A stretch of DNA of 55,979 bases, counting the filler, from Jimgerdemannia flammicorona (lineage: Eukaryota), in the NCBI GenBank assembly GCA_003990765.1. It is 3 parts of 3 records of this genome, joined end to end, with 100 filler letters (N's around TTAATTAATTAA, not from the genome) between each part and the next. Parts side by side here need not be neighbours in the genome. Positions count along the whole stretch, not along the records: positions 18,698 to 37,291 come from RBNJ01002168.1; positions 37,392 to 55,979 come from RBNJ01002169.1; 1 more part is not named here. One strand, written 5' to 3'. The notes under the pieces were generated by a model, which was not told the DNA's origin, ran no database searches, and saw only the letters and a list, made by a program, of their open reading frames with translations. This document shows positions 32,896 to 47,200 of the stretch, one piece after another. Position numbers and translations under genes: made by a program. How positions within the stretch are numbered: position 1 is the stretch's first letter; each line of letters opens with the position of its first letter.

Positions 32896-35800
32896 TTATC
32901 AGATAGGGTCCAGTCTCAAGAGGTTAGGTGGCAGAGGATGTACTAATACATAGTGCCCAGTAAGTGTACTTTGGAGTTCCTGAGGTAGTGAAAGGGAAAT
33001 AGGTAGTAGTAGTTGGTGAGGATAAACTAATGGATGTCCTAGAGGAGGAGTGGGATGAGACTGCAAGTGTTGGAGCTGATACCTTGATGTTGGGGGAAGG
33101 GAGACCAGTGACTCTAGATGAGAAAGAGGTGAGAAATATACAATGGATGTACCAGATGATGAATAACTTAGTGGCTGAGAAGCTGAGAGAAGTAGACCTG
33201 AGGGTGATGAGTGATGATCATTAAGTATAAATCTTATATAGAGATGGAGTGGTGGAGGCCCTGAAGGTAGAGGTGCTTGTAGTTTTCTTGAAAGAAAAAG
33301 GATATGAGATCAATAAATAAGAGAGACAGAGCTAGTGATTGTTGCTAGTGAGTGGGCTGCCCTCTAGTGGGCAGAGAGATATGGGCTATAGCTCTGACAG
33401 AAGGGCTGCTTGGAGTATCATAAGAACTTTGAGAAAAAGGAGGATGGAGAGCTAGCTAAACTACTGGTTTGATTGGAGGCAAAGAGGGTTAAAATAAAGA
33501 AAGTGACTATTGAACATAACTTAGACTTGGCACAGAAGAAGATAAATATAAAGTTGTAGAGAATATACTTACCGTTCAACATTACTTCTTATGAATAGTA
33601 TAACCAATATTTTTTCTTTAAATATAAATGGGCTATAGGGATCAGTTTGATGTTATAACATTTTTACTTAGCTAAAGAGATTGGAGGCTGATCTCTTTCT
33701 TTTACAGGATGTTAGATGTAAAGATGACTTGAATAGACTAGAATAGATAAAGGAATGAAGAGGTGAGATAGTTTGGAAGGACAAGGTTGGAATCCTGGTC
33801 TAGAGAGGCAGAGAGGAGATATAAAATATGAGGAGCTAAGAAGACAGGCTGGTTTGGGGAGAGTGGATTTGACCAGGTTGAGAGCCAGTTACAGTGAGTT
33901 TCTACTACTACCCTACTGTATAGAGTGAGCAAGTGGAATAGGTGAAGGGACTCTAGAAGAGTGGGGTCCTTATAGAGGCTGGAGTGGACATTCTTGGAGA
34001 GGACTTTAATATAGTCTGAGATATGCTAGTAGATAGGACTGACAGAGGGCAGGGGACTGAGTATTGGAGTAGAGGTCTGGAGATGTAAGAGGAAGTGAAA
34101 AGGCTGAGCTCTCTGATGGATGCTGGCAGGGAGTTCTGGAGAGACAAGAGGGTATATACATATATACTAAGCAAATAGTCTGGGGATGAGGATTGACTGA
34201 GTGCTGATGGCAGACTGCTGGGGTTTAGATATTTGAAAGTCACTAGAGGCTGAGTGGTATCTATAGTTTAATCATTAAGGGCTGTTGAGATAGGGTCATT
34301 TTGGGGAGAGTGGGGATAGATCTGGACATTGGTACTTTAATTCCTCTTTGTTGACTAAGAAGATGTTGTAGGATAATTGAGTTGTGGATATTCAGTAGAG
34401 AGTGGAGAGTTGGGTATAGAAGAGTGCTCTAGTTAGTGTCCAATGGGTAAGGTTGAAGAAGGCTACTAAGGTTTATTGGAGAGAGGCTGGAAAAGTGGCA
34501 GAAAGGCAGAGGAGAAAGAGGGTGTCTTGGGCCTCAGCTAGATTGGCTGGGCTTTTGGAAAATTAGGCAGGTCTTTTGGTCCTGGAGAGAGCAGAGGACT
34601 AGAGATTAATGTGGGCTAAGCTGGAGGTTATAGAGTTATAATAGGTATTGAGAGAGGAGGAGATACAAGTATAGAGTTTGGTGATACAGTTATACTAGCA
34701 GGGGCTAGATGAGAGAGAGAGGTCCTCTAAGTATCTTTTAAGAATCCTTTGGGCAAGGAGAGTGAGACAGAGATGGGAGAGGGTACTAAATTCTGATGAT
34801 CTATTAGTATATAGTCTATAGGACATTCTAGGCTCATTGAAGGAGAGATAGAGTAGTTTGTAGAGTGAGGAGGAGGGTGGGGCTGATGCTGTCACCATTG
34901 AGCATACTTTGGAGAATTGGTACCTACTGTAAGTAGATGGGCTGGACAGCTTAGTGATACCAGTACAGGAGGAGAAGATTCATTAGATTCTTGCCACAAC
35001 TATGCTGAGCACAGCACCAGAGAGGATGGTCTGCTCTGGGACTTTTGAAAGAAGATGGTAAAAGTCTCTGGAGTGCTGAGAGAGATGATAGCACTTTGTA
35101 ACTTGGTACTACAGTCAGGGAGGTGAGTGGGTGAGCAGGATCTAGAGCTGGTAGTACTGCTCTATAAAGACAAGGGCAGGAGAGAGGACTGGAAGAACTG
35201 GAGGCCTATTATGCTTCTGGACATAGATAGAAAGTTGGTAACTAAGGTAGTGGTAACAAGACTATAGAAGGTGGTTCAGCAAGACTTGTGAGGTTTTGTA
35301 GGGGGCCAGCTCATTAGGGATGATATAGTTTGAGTGCACAGCATCATTGAAGAGGCTTGAGTCTGTAGACTGAATGGGAGATTAGTCTTCATAGATCAGG
35401 AGAAGGTATATAACTATGTTCAGTAGATCTAGTTGGTGAATACTGGATAGGATTGGTGTCCCTCAGTATTTCCAAGTAATAATGATCAGTTTACTAGAAG
35501 GGAGTAGAGTGGTGCTTATATATAATGGGTATTAAGAAGTGGTATTTCCTCTGAGTAGAGGTGTTTCCCAGAGGGACCCACTGTCTCTTATTTTGTATGC
35601 TCTATCCTTGAAGCCATTGATGGACAGAATTCAGCAGAAGATAGAGGAACCCTCAGTATTTAGAATTGTGTAGAAAGTTGGGGCCTTTGTGGATAATATA
35701 GTGGTTGATCTGAGATTGATTACTGATGTTGAGGAACTTCAGAAAATGGTAGAGTAGTTTGAGGTGCACTCTAGGGCTAAACTCAACTGACATAAGTATG

Positions 35801-37291
35801 AAATAATGGTGTTGGGTAATAGCCTAGTGGGTGGAGATATCATTGGAACAATTGTCCCTATCGGAGAGGCTGTGAAGTACTTAGGTATCTATCTTTTGAT
35901 ATATGAGTCAGTTCTACCAAGACCTTGGTGAGAGCAGTGGGTGGCTATTTGGAGGGAGGCTCTATAGAGTTGGAGAGGCCACTGCTTATCTTTGGTAGAG
36001 TATATTTCAATTCTGAATGTTTACTGACTGCCAAAGTTGTAGTATTTGGTATATATATTATCTGGACTTTTCCATCTAGATAGTGAAGAGGCTATTAAAG
36101 CTAACCAACAGTTAGATCTGGGCTAGGAGAAGAAGTCAGATTAGTTGGGAGATTTTGTCATTACTAGTAGCTAGAGGAGGCCTTGGCCTGATTGACTTCC
36201 TGAAGAGGCTGTATTGTCTGAGAGCATGGTGACTGAAGAGAGCTGTAGAACTGAGGGGTGGTAGCTGGGTTCCACTGATAAAGAAGGTCTGGGAGATGAG
36301 ATTCTTACCAAGAGGCTTTATAGAAGACCTACTGTCCTTGGTGGGGCTTTAAAATAGTGGGCACATGTGATATAAGAGCTTCTGGTGAGGAGTAGTCAAT
36401 GGGATACACCACATTGGTATTCACTAGTAGGGGGCTGAAGAGGAGATGCCTTGGGGCCTAGTGATGTAGAGATGAGATTGAGTGGTTTTGAGAGATATCT
36501 CTCTAATTGACTTTGATATTGGTGATGGAGTCAAGTATCAGAGGGGGTTGGAACAGAATATATGGCCTTGCAGTTAGCAGATAGTGGGTATTAGAGAGGA
36601 GTGGAACTGTAATGGGGTCTGGGTCTAGAGATGGTAGTAGTTGCTACTTAAGTACTAGGTGGTTTGATAGCACATATTGTAGAGGAATATTATGCTCAAC
36701 TTTTGTTCAGGACATCTTGTAGAGGGGGGAAGTTTTGACTATTAGAAGTATTATAATGTAGGACAGAAAGAGGGATTTGTATAGATGTCAGAACATTGGC
36801 TAGAGAGTATAAGATACTTGGTGACTTTTGGTTAGTAGTTGGAAATTAATTGGATATTGTTTGAAGGGGAGACAGTAAGAGGGGTTGATAGGAGGATTTG
36901 CAAAATAGACTGGTGAGGGGGGTTGGAAATGAGTAGCTTACTATGAGTTGGGCTTTGGCTATATAGATGGGGCTAGTGGGTTACTAGTTGTTTATTTTTG
37001 AGGAAGGGAGATATTTGGGTTTGGGGGAGTAGCTGTTGAGGTGAGAAGGGTTGATAGAGGACATCTTGATGGACTGGTGGCTGAGATGGGGTCTGCAGAG
37101 TGGTTGGCAGTATTATTTGGTAGAGAAAATTTGTAGGTAGAGTAGAGAGAGGGTTGGGGTAATGGGTGATAAGGTAGTGTTCAAGTATGAAAGTATAGGG
37201 GAGGGACCCCCTAGGGGGATTGAGTAGGGGGAGGGGATACTGTATTTATATTTGATAAACTGGTAATAAATAGCAAAGTCTAAGAGACTAT
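32896..37291 (+). mobile_element. Degenerate L1/Tx1-clade LINE: ORF1 remnant, AP endonuclease, RT, 3' UTR; 5' boundary approximate
   Basis: ILGEDFN (APE), LLYKDKG..DWKNWRPIMLLDIDRKL, DQEKVYN, RGVSQRDPLS, FVDN (YADD-like), KYLGI, GGLGL; AATAAA near the end. Confidence 0.88.
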
Positions 37292-37391
37292 NNNNNNNNN
37301 NNNNNNNNNNNNNNNNNNNNNNNNNNNNNNNNNNNTTAATTAATTAANNNNNNNNNNNNNNNNNNNNNNNNNNNNNNNNNNNNNNNNNNNN
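37292..37391. other. Assembly spacer N44-TTAATTAATTAA-N44
   Basis: Same artificial linker as at 18598. Confidence 0.97.
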
Positions 37392-37411
37392 AAAAAAAAA
37401 AAAAGGTATAC

Positions 37412-39234
37412 CGTGGAAACTTGCCGCACAGTACCGCGCCCTTAACAACAGCGCTGCCAGGGTCAATTGGACGGAATAACTGTATACGAGCTCCGAACTT
37501 CTCTTGAGCTTTTTTCCACAGGTACTCGCTATCCGAGAATCCGCCGACAAAGAACATCTTGTCAATCTTACAGACATCAGCACTTCGGCCTTCCGCGAGT
37601 CTTGAGCGAGTCAAATTCTGAATGCTGCGTTCAAGCTGAAGTTCGATAAGTTCAAGAGTGCTATTAACGATGGGGTTGAACATGCCAAAGAAGTCTGCCG
37701 CAGTTATGGTGATCCGTTCGAAGTCGTCATCCGCATCGCTTTCATCATCACTATCTGCATTCTGTTCAATCATCTGGCGCAATTTCATCGGAATTGGGAT
37801 ATCTTCTTCACTGTTTATATCACCATTGAATGCACGCTAGAAAGTGAAAAAAAAAAAAAAAAAAAAATCACATTTTGAATACAGTTCCACCTTTAATGGT
37901 TGGTGACTACGAATCCGTGATGTGTTTCGGTTTCTATAGGAAGATACTATTACCTTGTGTTCTTCCCATTCCTTCATTATTCTCAACCAATCGGACATGT
38001 GGGTCTCCCGGAATTTTTCTACGATCTCTGCGCCACATTTCATCTTAACAAAGTCGATGAACGCTTCGTCGATGAATGTCGATCCGCATGATTTGCCGCT
38101 ACCGTGGGAAATTTCTCGTAACGATTCCTGATTGGTGTCTGAATCGCCTTGGACTTCATGGACAGTCTTTAGAATTGAAGATGATGATAAACAGATTAAA
38201 GAATGAATTTCAAACAATTCCTCCAGATGCGATTCAGAGGAAATTGATTTTACCAAGTCAATTGTACCACCGCCGGCATCGACGATCATGAACGTCTCTC
38301 CGCGACTCAACAGGTTTTGTTGCGATTGTTGACAACAAAACATTGCCGCGGCTTCGGGCTCCAAAACAATGTTCAATCGATTTGGATTGTACTTGTCGTC
38401 TTCTGAAACCTTGTGATACAAGAAAGTGGTGGACCATTCATGAGTTTCATCTCCGCGCACATGCCATCTTTGCAGGTACTAATTAAATTCTTACCAGTCC
38501 AGCTATGACCGCAGCTTCTCTCATCTGTTGCTTTGCCTTTTCCGTCCACATCGCAGGCACCGTCAAGAACCATACAACGTTTTCCGCCTTCACGGTTCCA
38601 CCCCATCTGGCGTGAATATCCTTGAGAGCCATGGCGTAAAGGTTTCGCAGATAATCGGCGATCACGTTTAGCACTGTCTGGCCCGGTGGCAGAGGCGGCA
38701 AAGCGCCGGTGACGTCTTCGTCGAGGTAGAGTTTGAAGCGAGACACATATCGATGGGTTTCATCTTTCGTCTTAATACCGTTTTTTCTGGCTGCAAGCGT
38801 TAATAGTGAAGAAAACCACACAAGTAGAACATAACAACGTGTCAAACAATCGATAAGGGAGGGTGAGCGGGTGGACGGGTGAATAATAGTGCTTCGTACC
38901 AGTGTAGCCCCACGCTTCCACTGTGGGCGTTGACGTAGGCGTATCATACGCATACAGTATGGCCGTAAGGTTCTTGCTGTATTTAGCTGGCTGGTCCTTC
39001 CACTGGTAATGCGCTTCGACGACAGTGTTGGTGTCCGCGATATGAACCTAATTTGATATGAGGTGAGCTATTTCTCCACATATACATATATGCATGTTCA
39101 TTTTAGTCGGGATCGTTTACCATTGCATAGCCCGAGTGTGAGGTCCCGAAGTCGATTGCGGCGATAACTCGGGCGTCAATACCAAAATGCGGTTGCAGAC
39201 TGTTTGCCTGAGATGCTGACAATATATCGTTCAT
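37412..39234 (-). CDS. HSPA12-like Hsp70 / actin-like ATPase host gene; exons 39234-39121, 39047-38900, 38790-38495, 38409-38254, 38166-37954, 37836-37412; 3' part lost at the gap
   Basis: AIDFGTSHSG, LTVPAMW, LEPEAAA, IVDAGGGTIDL, CGSTFID, VGGFSDSEYL, AVVKGAV; splices in frame at GT-AG junctions with no stops. Confidence 0.92.
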
Positions 39235-41659
39235 GCTGAGTTTGTCTATTTTTTAATAAAAAAGAATGTAACTTGAGTCGACGTTCATAACAATTGAATA
39301 TCGCTGTTACCAACCCTCTACAAGCCGACCCACCAGAATTAAACCGTTCAATGAAGACGCAAGCATACCTCGAGTGTCAGATCAACGAGCCTACTATAAA
39401 GCAGTTGAGGCCTTTTCACTGTTGGATGCGCGTACTGCGCCGCAAGATTTGTTTTTATATACAAAAGGCAAATGTTACACAGGATTAATGTAATTAACCG
39501 CCATACACAAACACACATTCATTCGGAATACAAAAGCACATATAAGGTGACCATATTCAAAAGGTTACTTTCTTCCTGTTTTTGAGTCATACTAAGTCAC
39601 CAGAGCCAAAATTTTAAAAGTGGCCGGCTCATATAGGGTATAGGGATTCGGCCATCCGAAATTCCACCAAATATACAATACACGTATATACTCGAGGGGA
39701 TGCGGGGCCGACATCCATTCTCAGAGCGCAGTTCCCAGAACGCAGTTTTCGGGCCACAGCAACCAGTAGCCTCGTTCCTTGATGCATGTTTCGACTTTTT
39801 TTTCGCAATTCCTCGACAATTGTTTGCTTCTGTCAACTAAATTCTCAGGGGTGCAACTTATTGATTTTTGGTGGTGTTGAAACACTCTGCAAGTTCCTAG
39901 GTTAGCATGGTGGTGAAGAATAAAGTAACTACTGTGTTTGCAGTGGTGTTGATCAAAAGACCTGTATAAGGTATGTGGAACTGCGGAACCGGAACTGCGG
40001 AACTGCGGAAGCAGGCGGTGTAGCTCGATTTTGAACTATCAGAACCCAATCCGGAAATCGCTGTGTATCGTTTGGATCTAAATTGCCCATTTCTGAGGTT
40101 CGTGAGATTCCTGCATTGTCATTATATTGTGGCTCCCACATATCCACAAGATATCCACGACATCGATTGGATTCAACGTAAGGATCTCGAATTATTTTCT
40201 CATTTCTACATTCGCATTAGGATCCAACCCCTTCGAGCGTTTTCAACCAGCCGGTAATAATACCCAAATCTCAGGAGCATGTCGAATTGTTTAAGCATGT
40301 TGTTGTTTGGCAAAGATAAAGAGCAATAGCTCCCAACTGAATCAAAAATTTGTGAACACCTTCAAAGTTCTGATTCCGAGAGCCGGAAATGTAGAACAGA
40401 CCAAATGGTCTCGATACTCTCAGCATATGATCCTGGCGTCTGAAATTAATTCGATTGGTTATGATAACAAGGGAGCTGTTCGTCATCTCGATCGAGATTG
40501 CAAGGGGCTTGAGAAACTTGAGAAGAGTTTTAATGAGGCGACACAACAAAACCAACAGTTGAAGACGACATCAGGGTCATGCACCAAGGAAGACAGCGCG
40601 GGACCAGAGGAACCGCGAGCTGACTTACGAGAATTAGTGCCTACAATAGCAGCGTTCGAAGGACGTCGAAAATTTAAAGGCCAAGAAAGCGATAATTTGT
40701 AACAAATATATATTTAGTTGAGCTTCCGCCCGCGTAACGGAGACAATAACAGCAATACCGGTCTGCATGCAATGGATGCGGCATAACATCATCGAACAAT
40801 GCTTCCGGAGTTACTCGGTTCAACAAGTCCATCCAGTCAAATGTATCATAACAGCAAACTGACTATAATTTGGTGACGTATTCGAGCTCGTCCCAGCTGA
40901 CACGATATCCCCCGAGTTAGAGCAGACGTTTGGCGTATTAAAATCTATGAGACCAAATCCCGGTAAGGATGTTCTAGTTACCGAACTGCAGAAATTCTTG
41001 GCGTTCGCTGTTGCTCGTTTCATTGCCATTGAGCACGACCGTGTTGACGAAGGACGTTTTAAATGAGCCTGTCAAGAGTTTTGTCGGACAGATCCAGTGG
41101 GGCTTCGACCAGCAGGTCGAGTCATCGAAGCATGCATGATCTCCTCAAGAAAACTTTATTTTTTAGTATTATTTTGCCTACATTATTGAAATATGAATAG
41201 CCCATTTGGTCCATTAATGTAGTGTTGCCCGCGATGCGAAAGTAATAGAATAGATCTGGCTGTATTAGTACAAATGCATTCTAAAATCTTGGCTAGTGAG
41301 TGGTCTATATCAGTGAATGTATTCCAACACGGTTCATACGCGATCAGGCATCATAAATCATACAGCAAACGCTACAACGTTTAACCTCTCCTGCTTCGTT
41401 TGAGCTGAGAATAGGTTTATTGATGGTCGATTTATGTTTACGTTCTTTGGTCACCGCCCTGTTGTCTCCAGGAGTCTTTGGTAGTCAGTCGGGCACAATT
41501 TCCGTGTTTGAACGTCTTCTAGCTGAGTAACCGCCGCACAAACGAGATTCTACTGTCGACCAAGATTTATTGCTTTCATTAGAATATGAATTACATCCAC
41601 TCCGTTAAGGCCATCTTCCAACAGCAAAGACCTCTCGGCCGAGATTTGCATCGCCTGTC

Positions 41660-41810
41660 GACATTTGCCAAATCGTCGCTTGGCAAATCGTCGCTTTTCG
41701 GCCTTTTGGCAAATCGTCGCGACGATTAGCCAAGGGTGATGACTTGCCAAAGGGCGACAATTTGCTAAAGGCGCGAAATTACGATTTGCCAAAAGGCAAA
41801 AGGTCCATTT
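41660..41810. repeat. Cluster of direct and inverted TTGGCAAATCGTCGC-like motifs
   Basis: About 7 copies that switch orientation around AAATCGTCGCGACGATT at ~41711-41727. Confidence 0.75.
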
Positions 41811-42056
41811 TCAACTTTCAAAGTATCCTTTTCAACTCCAAACATAATAAATTTTTTTTAGCAAAGACCGTATATACGACATTACGAAAATTTTCTGCTC
41901 CAATTGTATATATATATGTGTATGGTAATTGCCTGGTGACTCCCTTGAAAAAATATCTAAGGTATTAGCATATCCAGATGGCCACGCGACATCCCGAGAT
42001 TCATGGGTGTTACGGCTGCCGATTCTCACCCATTACAATACCTCAAACATGACAAT

Positions 42057-42583
42057 TTATTTGTCCAAGGGTCCCTCAACCAAACTCGCCGAAGCCTTGG
42101 TACACGCCAAGGTTTCGGAGCGCGATGATCCGCCTAATTTCCTCGACAGCAGTTTCAAGTTCCTTCTGCTAAGATCCCGATGCTGGTAAGACCTCATTTG
42201 CGCTAAAAGGTAAGGCAGTGGATGAGTTCCGTGTATCCAATCTGAGCGATGCTTGAAAAAAGAATGCAAGGCCACGGCAACAAAAAATGCCAAGTCAAGG
42301 AGGGTAAAGATGGTCGCCAATATATTCCACACAACCCAGTTCAAAGCCCTGTTGTCCTTTGCTGCGGAGCGATCTCTCAGGACAATCAGTCTACGATTGC
42401 TTTGGCAAAGAACCTATAAATCATAGCGCAGCTGCTGGAGCAAATAAAACCAGCTCACCAAATGGTCGGATTTTTCTCGAGCTCAATGGCGACGTAGACC
42501 TCGACGGCATCCCGTATCTGAATAGAGAGTTCTGACTAAGCTTCGCTTTGTTCTGGGCCGTTTCAGAGTTGGTTTCTGCCATT
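42057..42583 (-). other. Possible small gene or pseudogene with one hydrophobic segment
   Basis: WVVWNILATIFTLLDLAFFVAVAL; upstream ATG and a GTGAG..TAG intron candidate, but the splice phases do not match. Confidence 0.25.
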
Positions 42584-42757
42584 CTGAAAGTGTTGGCGCG
42601 GTTTATTTTGTCTTAAACATGGTGTACATGCAAATTTCCTTCTGTCTAAGATATACATATGAGATATATATATGAGACTGTTGTGACGAACAGAAGAAGC
42701 ATGGCGTAATCACGTGTTGACATATCGAGTTGCCATCCCAACAGAGACATTTGTATG

Positions 42758-43984
42758 TATACAGCTCCTTTCTCCACTACCTTACTGGTCACAAGGTTTG
42801 GTAGGCAACCTTCTGAGTCCCCTTTCCCCTCTTATTACTCCCTCTACCTCAGGTTGGTTTGCTGTGCCTATATGGGCATGGTGGGAGGAGGGCAATGGTG
42901 TTGAGTTGCCCCTTTGTCAGTATCAGATTGGTATCTTCTCTACTTTTTCACAGTTTCTGGTGCCTTCAGCTGTGTCTGAGATATACTCATTTTGGTGTGG
43001 TGTGGTGCCTTCTTCCTTTTGCTGTCACCAATAAGGTGTCATATTGATATATCATGGGTTGCATAGAGAGTTGGCTGACCTTGGATATTAAGTACTCAGT
43101 GTAGGTTACCTATAGGTTCTCAGTATCTGTAGTGGGGCCCTCTGGCTTTGGCAAGCTTCCCAATATATAGGTGACTGTTTTTCAGATATTGTCAGAATGG
43201 GAAGAGAGATAGCCATCACAGATAGGAGGAAGAGTGATAATGGTAGACCAGTAGGATGCCAGGCTGAGGGCAGTCATCAGGGCTGAGGTGGGTGTTACTT
43301 CAGTAGGGTCTTTTGATTGGTGCAGAGCAGTTAAGTGGTAGGTATCACTCTTGACTACTTTTGGCAATTTATGAGATTGGGCCTTGGTTGTTTGGAGAGG
43401 TCAGGGGGCCCAAGGCTATCTATTTTAGATATCTTAACTATATTTAACTGAAACTGAAAGCTGATGTGACAATATGACTGAGGCTTACAGACTTGAGTAG
43501 TGGAATATTAGGGGTTTTCTCCTGCCTCATGTATAAGTTCTCTACTCATCTCACTTGGGAAAACCAGGTCCTATCCACTATTCTGTACTTTGAGGAGAGT
43601 TTTTTCTTTATCTATCATTCTATTTAGAGTGGCAGAGACTATTCTATTCAGCTTAAATATAGTCTTATATATATGTTGGGATCTTGGGCATATACTTTCA
43701 GTTGTTAGTATATGGCTGGATTCTTTCTGGTAGTAGGAAGAGTATAGTATACAGAATGAGATATAGGCCACATTAGGCCCTGCTGCATCTAATTTTTTTT
43801 TTTTTTTTTTTTTTTTTATAGTTCTGCTGCATCTAATATAGTTGAGCTGTTAGACAATAGCTAGTCTTGATTAATGGAGAGGTAGTGCTTGGTGGGTAGT
43901 GAGAGAGGGTTTTGGCTTATATAGTCTAGATTTTCTTCTAATAAAAATCTGTAAGACTCTGAGTCTGTAAAAAAAAAAAAAAAA
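42758..43984 (+). mobile_element. ~1.2-kb non-autonomous poly(A) retroposon, copy 4
   Basis: TSD AGAGA(C/T)ATTTGTATG at 42743-42757 and 43985-43999. Confidence 0.9.
43794..43823 (-). mobile_element. Minimal LINE insertion (AACTAT plus poly(A))
   Basis: Perfect 14-bp TSD CTGCTGCATCTAAT at 43780-43793 and 43824-43837. Confidence 0.8.
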
Positions 43985-44215
43985 AGAGATATTTGTATGA
44001 GATAATTTATGTAAAAAAAATTATAATAAAAGAATATCTTAACTTTTATGGAGTCTTTTAGTCATTTTGAAAGCTTGACAGTTGAACTTTATCTTACAAC
44101 TCAGAAAACACCTTTTTCTCCCTCTCTACTCTTTTATTATAAATGATAAACAACTCTAATAGCAATAATATAACCAGGCTACTATAGCTGAATATACTGA
44201 GTTTCTTTTAAAGAC

Positions 44216-47200
44216 TGTTATAATCAGCCTTGTTTTTCTCTACCAGACCCAGAGATTATAAACTAGTATAAATAATAATGAATCATTGATGCTCTGTTTC
44301 TTTAATAATTCTATTAGAATGATAACTTAATATAATAATAGGTAATTGTATCATTTCATTAGTTTGATATTATTTATCAGTAATATATAAATATATAATC
44401 TATACAACTTCAATAAAATCAACCTCTCCTCTTCTCTCTATTATAATAAGATTATGAGCCTAGTTAGTACTAAGTAGCTAACTCTTTAATATATATGTAT
44501 TATACTAGAAATATCAAGTAATAATCAGTCTAGTAATATAGATATACTAATTATGAGCATTTTGGTAATAGTAGAAATAGTCTCCATTATAATCACAATA
44601 AGTATGGAAAATATAGTCTTAGTTATTAATATAAATATAGCTAAGAGATCTATCACAATCTTTAATAGAAAAGATTATATTATTTGGAAATTTTATATAT
44701 CAAATCTCTTGAAAGAATATAGCTTAGCAGAGTATATAAAGTTATGAGCAAAAATTCAAGATTATGATACTATAAATAATCACTAAGTATTATATAAAAT
44801 TGTATTCATATTATTGAATTTATAAATAAAGCTCATAATATATATAATAATAGCTTATAAAATATAAAAGACTCTATATAATTATCATATATAAGCATCT
44901 ATATCAAATTGATTCTATCTGAAATTTCAGTTATTCAATCTATAGATAAAGTTTAAGAAAATGATTTACAAATATATCAGTAATATTAATAATTTGATAA
45001 ATTAGATAAATTCTCTAAATATATCAGTAGAGTATATTGACAATGAAGATGAGATTATAATACTCACAAGAGGACTTCTGAAAGTATATAATATTGTTAT
45101 CACAGCTTTATATGAGAATGGTAAGCTTGGGGACTATATTTATATAATATATAATGAGCCTTATAAATAAGAAAATATATCAAGAAAATAGTAGTAATAA
45201 TAATAAAAATATCTTCTATAGATTTTACAGATATAGTAGTACTAAATAAGATTATAAGCACAGATAACAATAAGAGTAGAAAAGATAAACCCAAACTCAA
45301 AATAAGCTAATCAACTAAGTATAATAGTTACTGTAAATACTACAGTAAGTATAGATATAGAAAATGTCATTATTATTACTAAGAGAATAATAAAAATAAA
45401 GAGAGTGATAGCAAAAACAAATATAAAAGTAAAAAGAACTATTGAGGTAGAGAAAAGTATAATAATATAAATATTACTAAAACTGATAATATGATATATT
45501 CTTCATATATGCAACACATATAGATAATAGTTTTTCTACTATCAGTTCTACCAGTATGAGATCTATAAACAGTTTTACTACTAAATCCACTAATCAGTAT
45601 CTATAAATCCTGATCAGAAAAATACTTTTGGGCTAATGAAAAGTGATAATATCAATACTATAAGAAGTATAAGTAGTATAACTAGCTCTATATCTATCAA
45701 ACTAGGAGATAACAATATCATTTATACTCAAAAAAAGAAAAATATAGTTAAATATATATATTATATATATCTCAAAAATCAGTAAAAATCTCTTTTCAAT
45801 AGATAAGATAATGTCTTATAGTAATATAAATATATATATATATTCAAAGAACATAATAGTCTATAATTTAAATGATAATAAACTAATAATAGCTTTAAAA
45901 TATAATAATTATTATATAATTAATAGGATATTAAATAGTATAAAAACTTCTGTATATATGACAACTATGTCTAATATATATATATATATATTCAATATAT
46001 AGTATTAATACTTAGAGTATATAGGTAATATGAGTTTAGAAAAAATGATCTGAAATAGATATATATAAGAATTATTAGTAATATATCTTGAGAATTTCTA
46101 TATAGTATATATATAAAACAAAGTATTCCAGTACTCTTTCAAGAAATAGATGAAATATATAATAAGAGTTCTCAATCTAATTTATATATATATATAGGTC
46201 AATGTATACTCCTTCCTATAGTAGAAAGAGATATTTTATCATATTTATCAATAATTATATACATATAAAGTATATATATACTTCTTATTAGTAAAGAGTA
46301 AAGCTTTAGACAAATTCAAAGAATTCAAAGCATTATTAAAAATAAGACAGAATATAGAGTATATATACTATTTGCTTAGATAATAGATATATATAAATAT
46401 ATCAAATGATATATTAAAATAGTTCTTGAGAAAATATAATATATTATCAAATAATAGCTTCTTATATATTCTAGTAGAATGATATAACTGAGTAATTTAA
46501 CTATATAGCTATAGAAATAGTATATATAATAATTAATATAGCTAACTTAGAATACTTTTATTAGGCCAAAGCTATCAATATAGTAGTATATATCTGCAAC
46601 TATTATATATCTTAAGTATTAAGCAAGAAATCTGAAATAGTAATAAGTATTTCAGAAATGATGATCTAATCTCTGAGAAATTATAGAGTAAAGCTAAGTC
46701 TGATATATTGTATCTATATATATTTAGATATAATATATATATCCTTAATAAGAGTAATATTGATTAATATAAGTTTGAGCCAAAAGCCAGCAAGTATATA
46801 TTTCTTGAGTATTCTAATAAGATATATTAATTCTGAGATCTATATGAGCAGTATATAATTATAATATATAATGTATAGTTTAGAGAAAAAGGCTCAGATA
46901 TCTAAATAGATATACTGATCAGAATCTCTATATCCATATAGTAATTAGTATCAATCTCTCTAGTGGTCAATCAAAATTATTTTCAACCATTATATATATC
47001 TGAGCCAGAGTTATCTAAGCTAAGAATAATAGAGATCAAAAATAAAGATAATAGCAAACTCTTTAATAATAAGAGATCTTTTATGAAGAGTAAGCAAAAG
47101 TACTCTAATATTTACTGAAAAATTTATTTAAAATTAAAAAGTTATTGAGATATACTAGTAAGCCTCAGATACTAATATAAGAACTATATGAGCTATACAG

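Noticed and set aside
37392..37404. A-run after the gap as the LINE poly(A) tail, implying LINE insertion into the Hsp70 intron
   Set aside because: It fits equally as an intronic T-run, and no downstream Hsp70 exons are visible on the other side of the LINE
40060..41070. Short plus-strand ORFs (40063-40257, 40307-40702) in the CpG-rich island
   Set aside because: May be exon or pseudogene fragments, but I found no recognisable motif or consistent splice model
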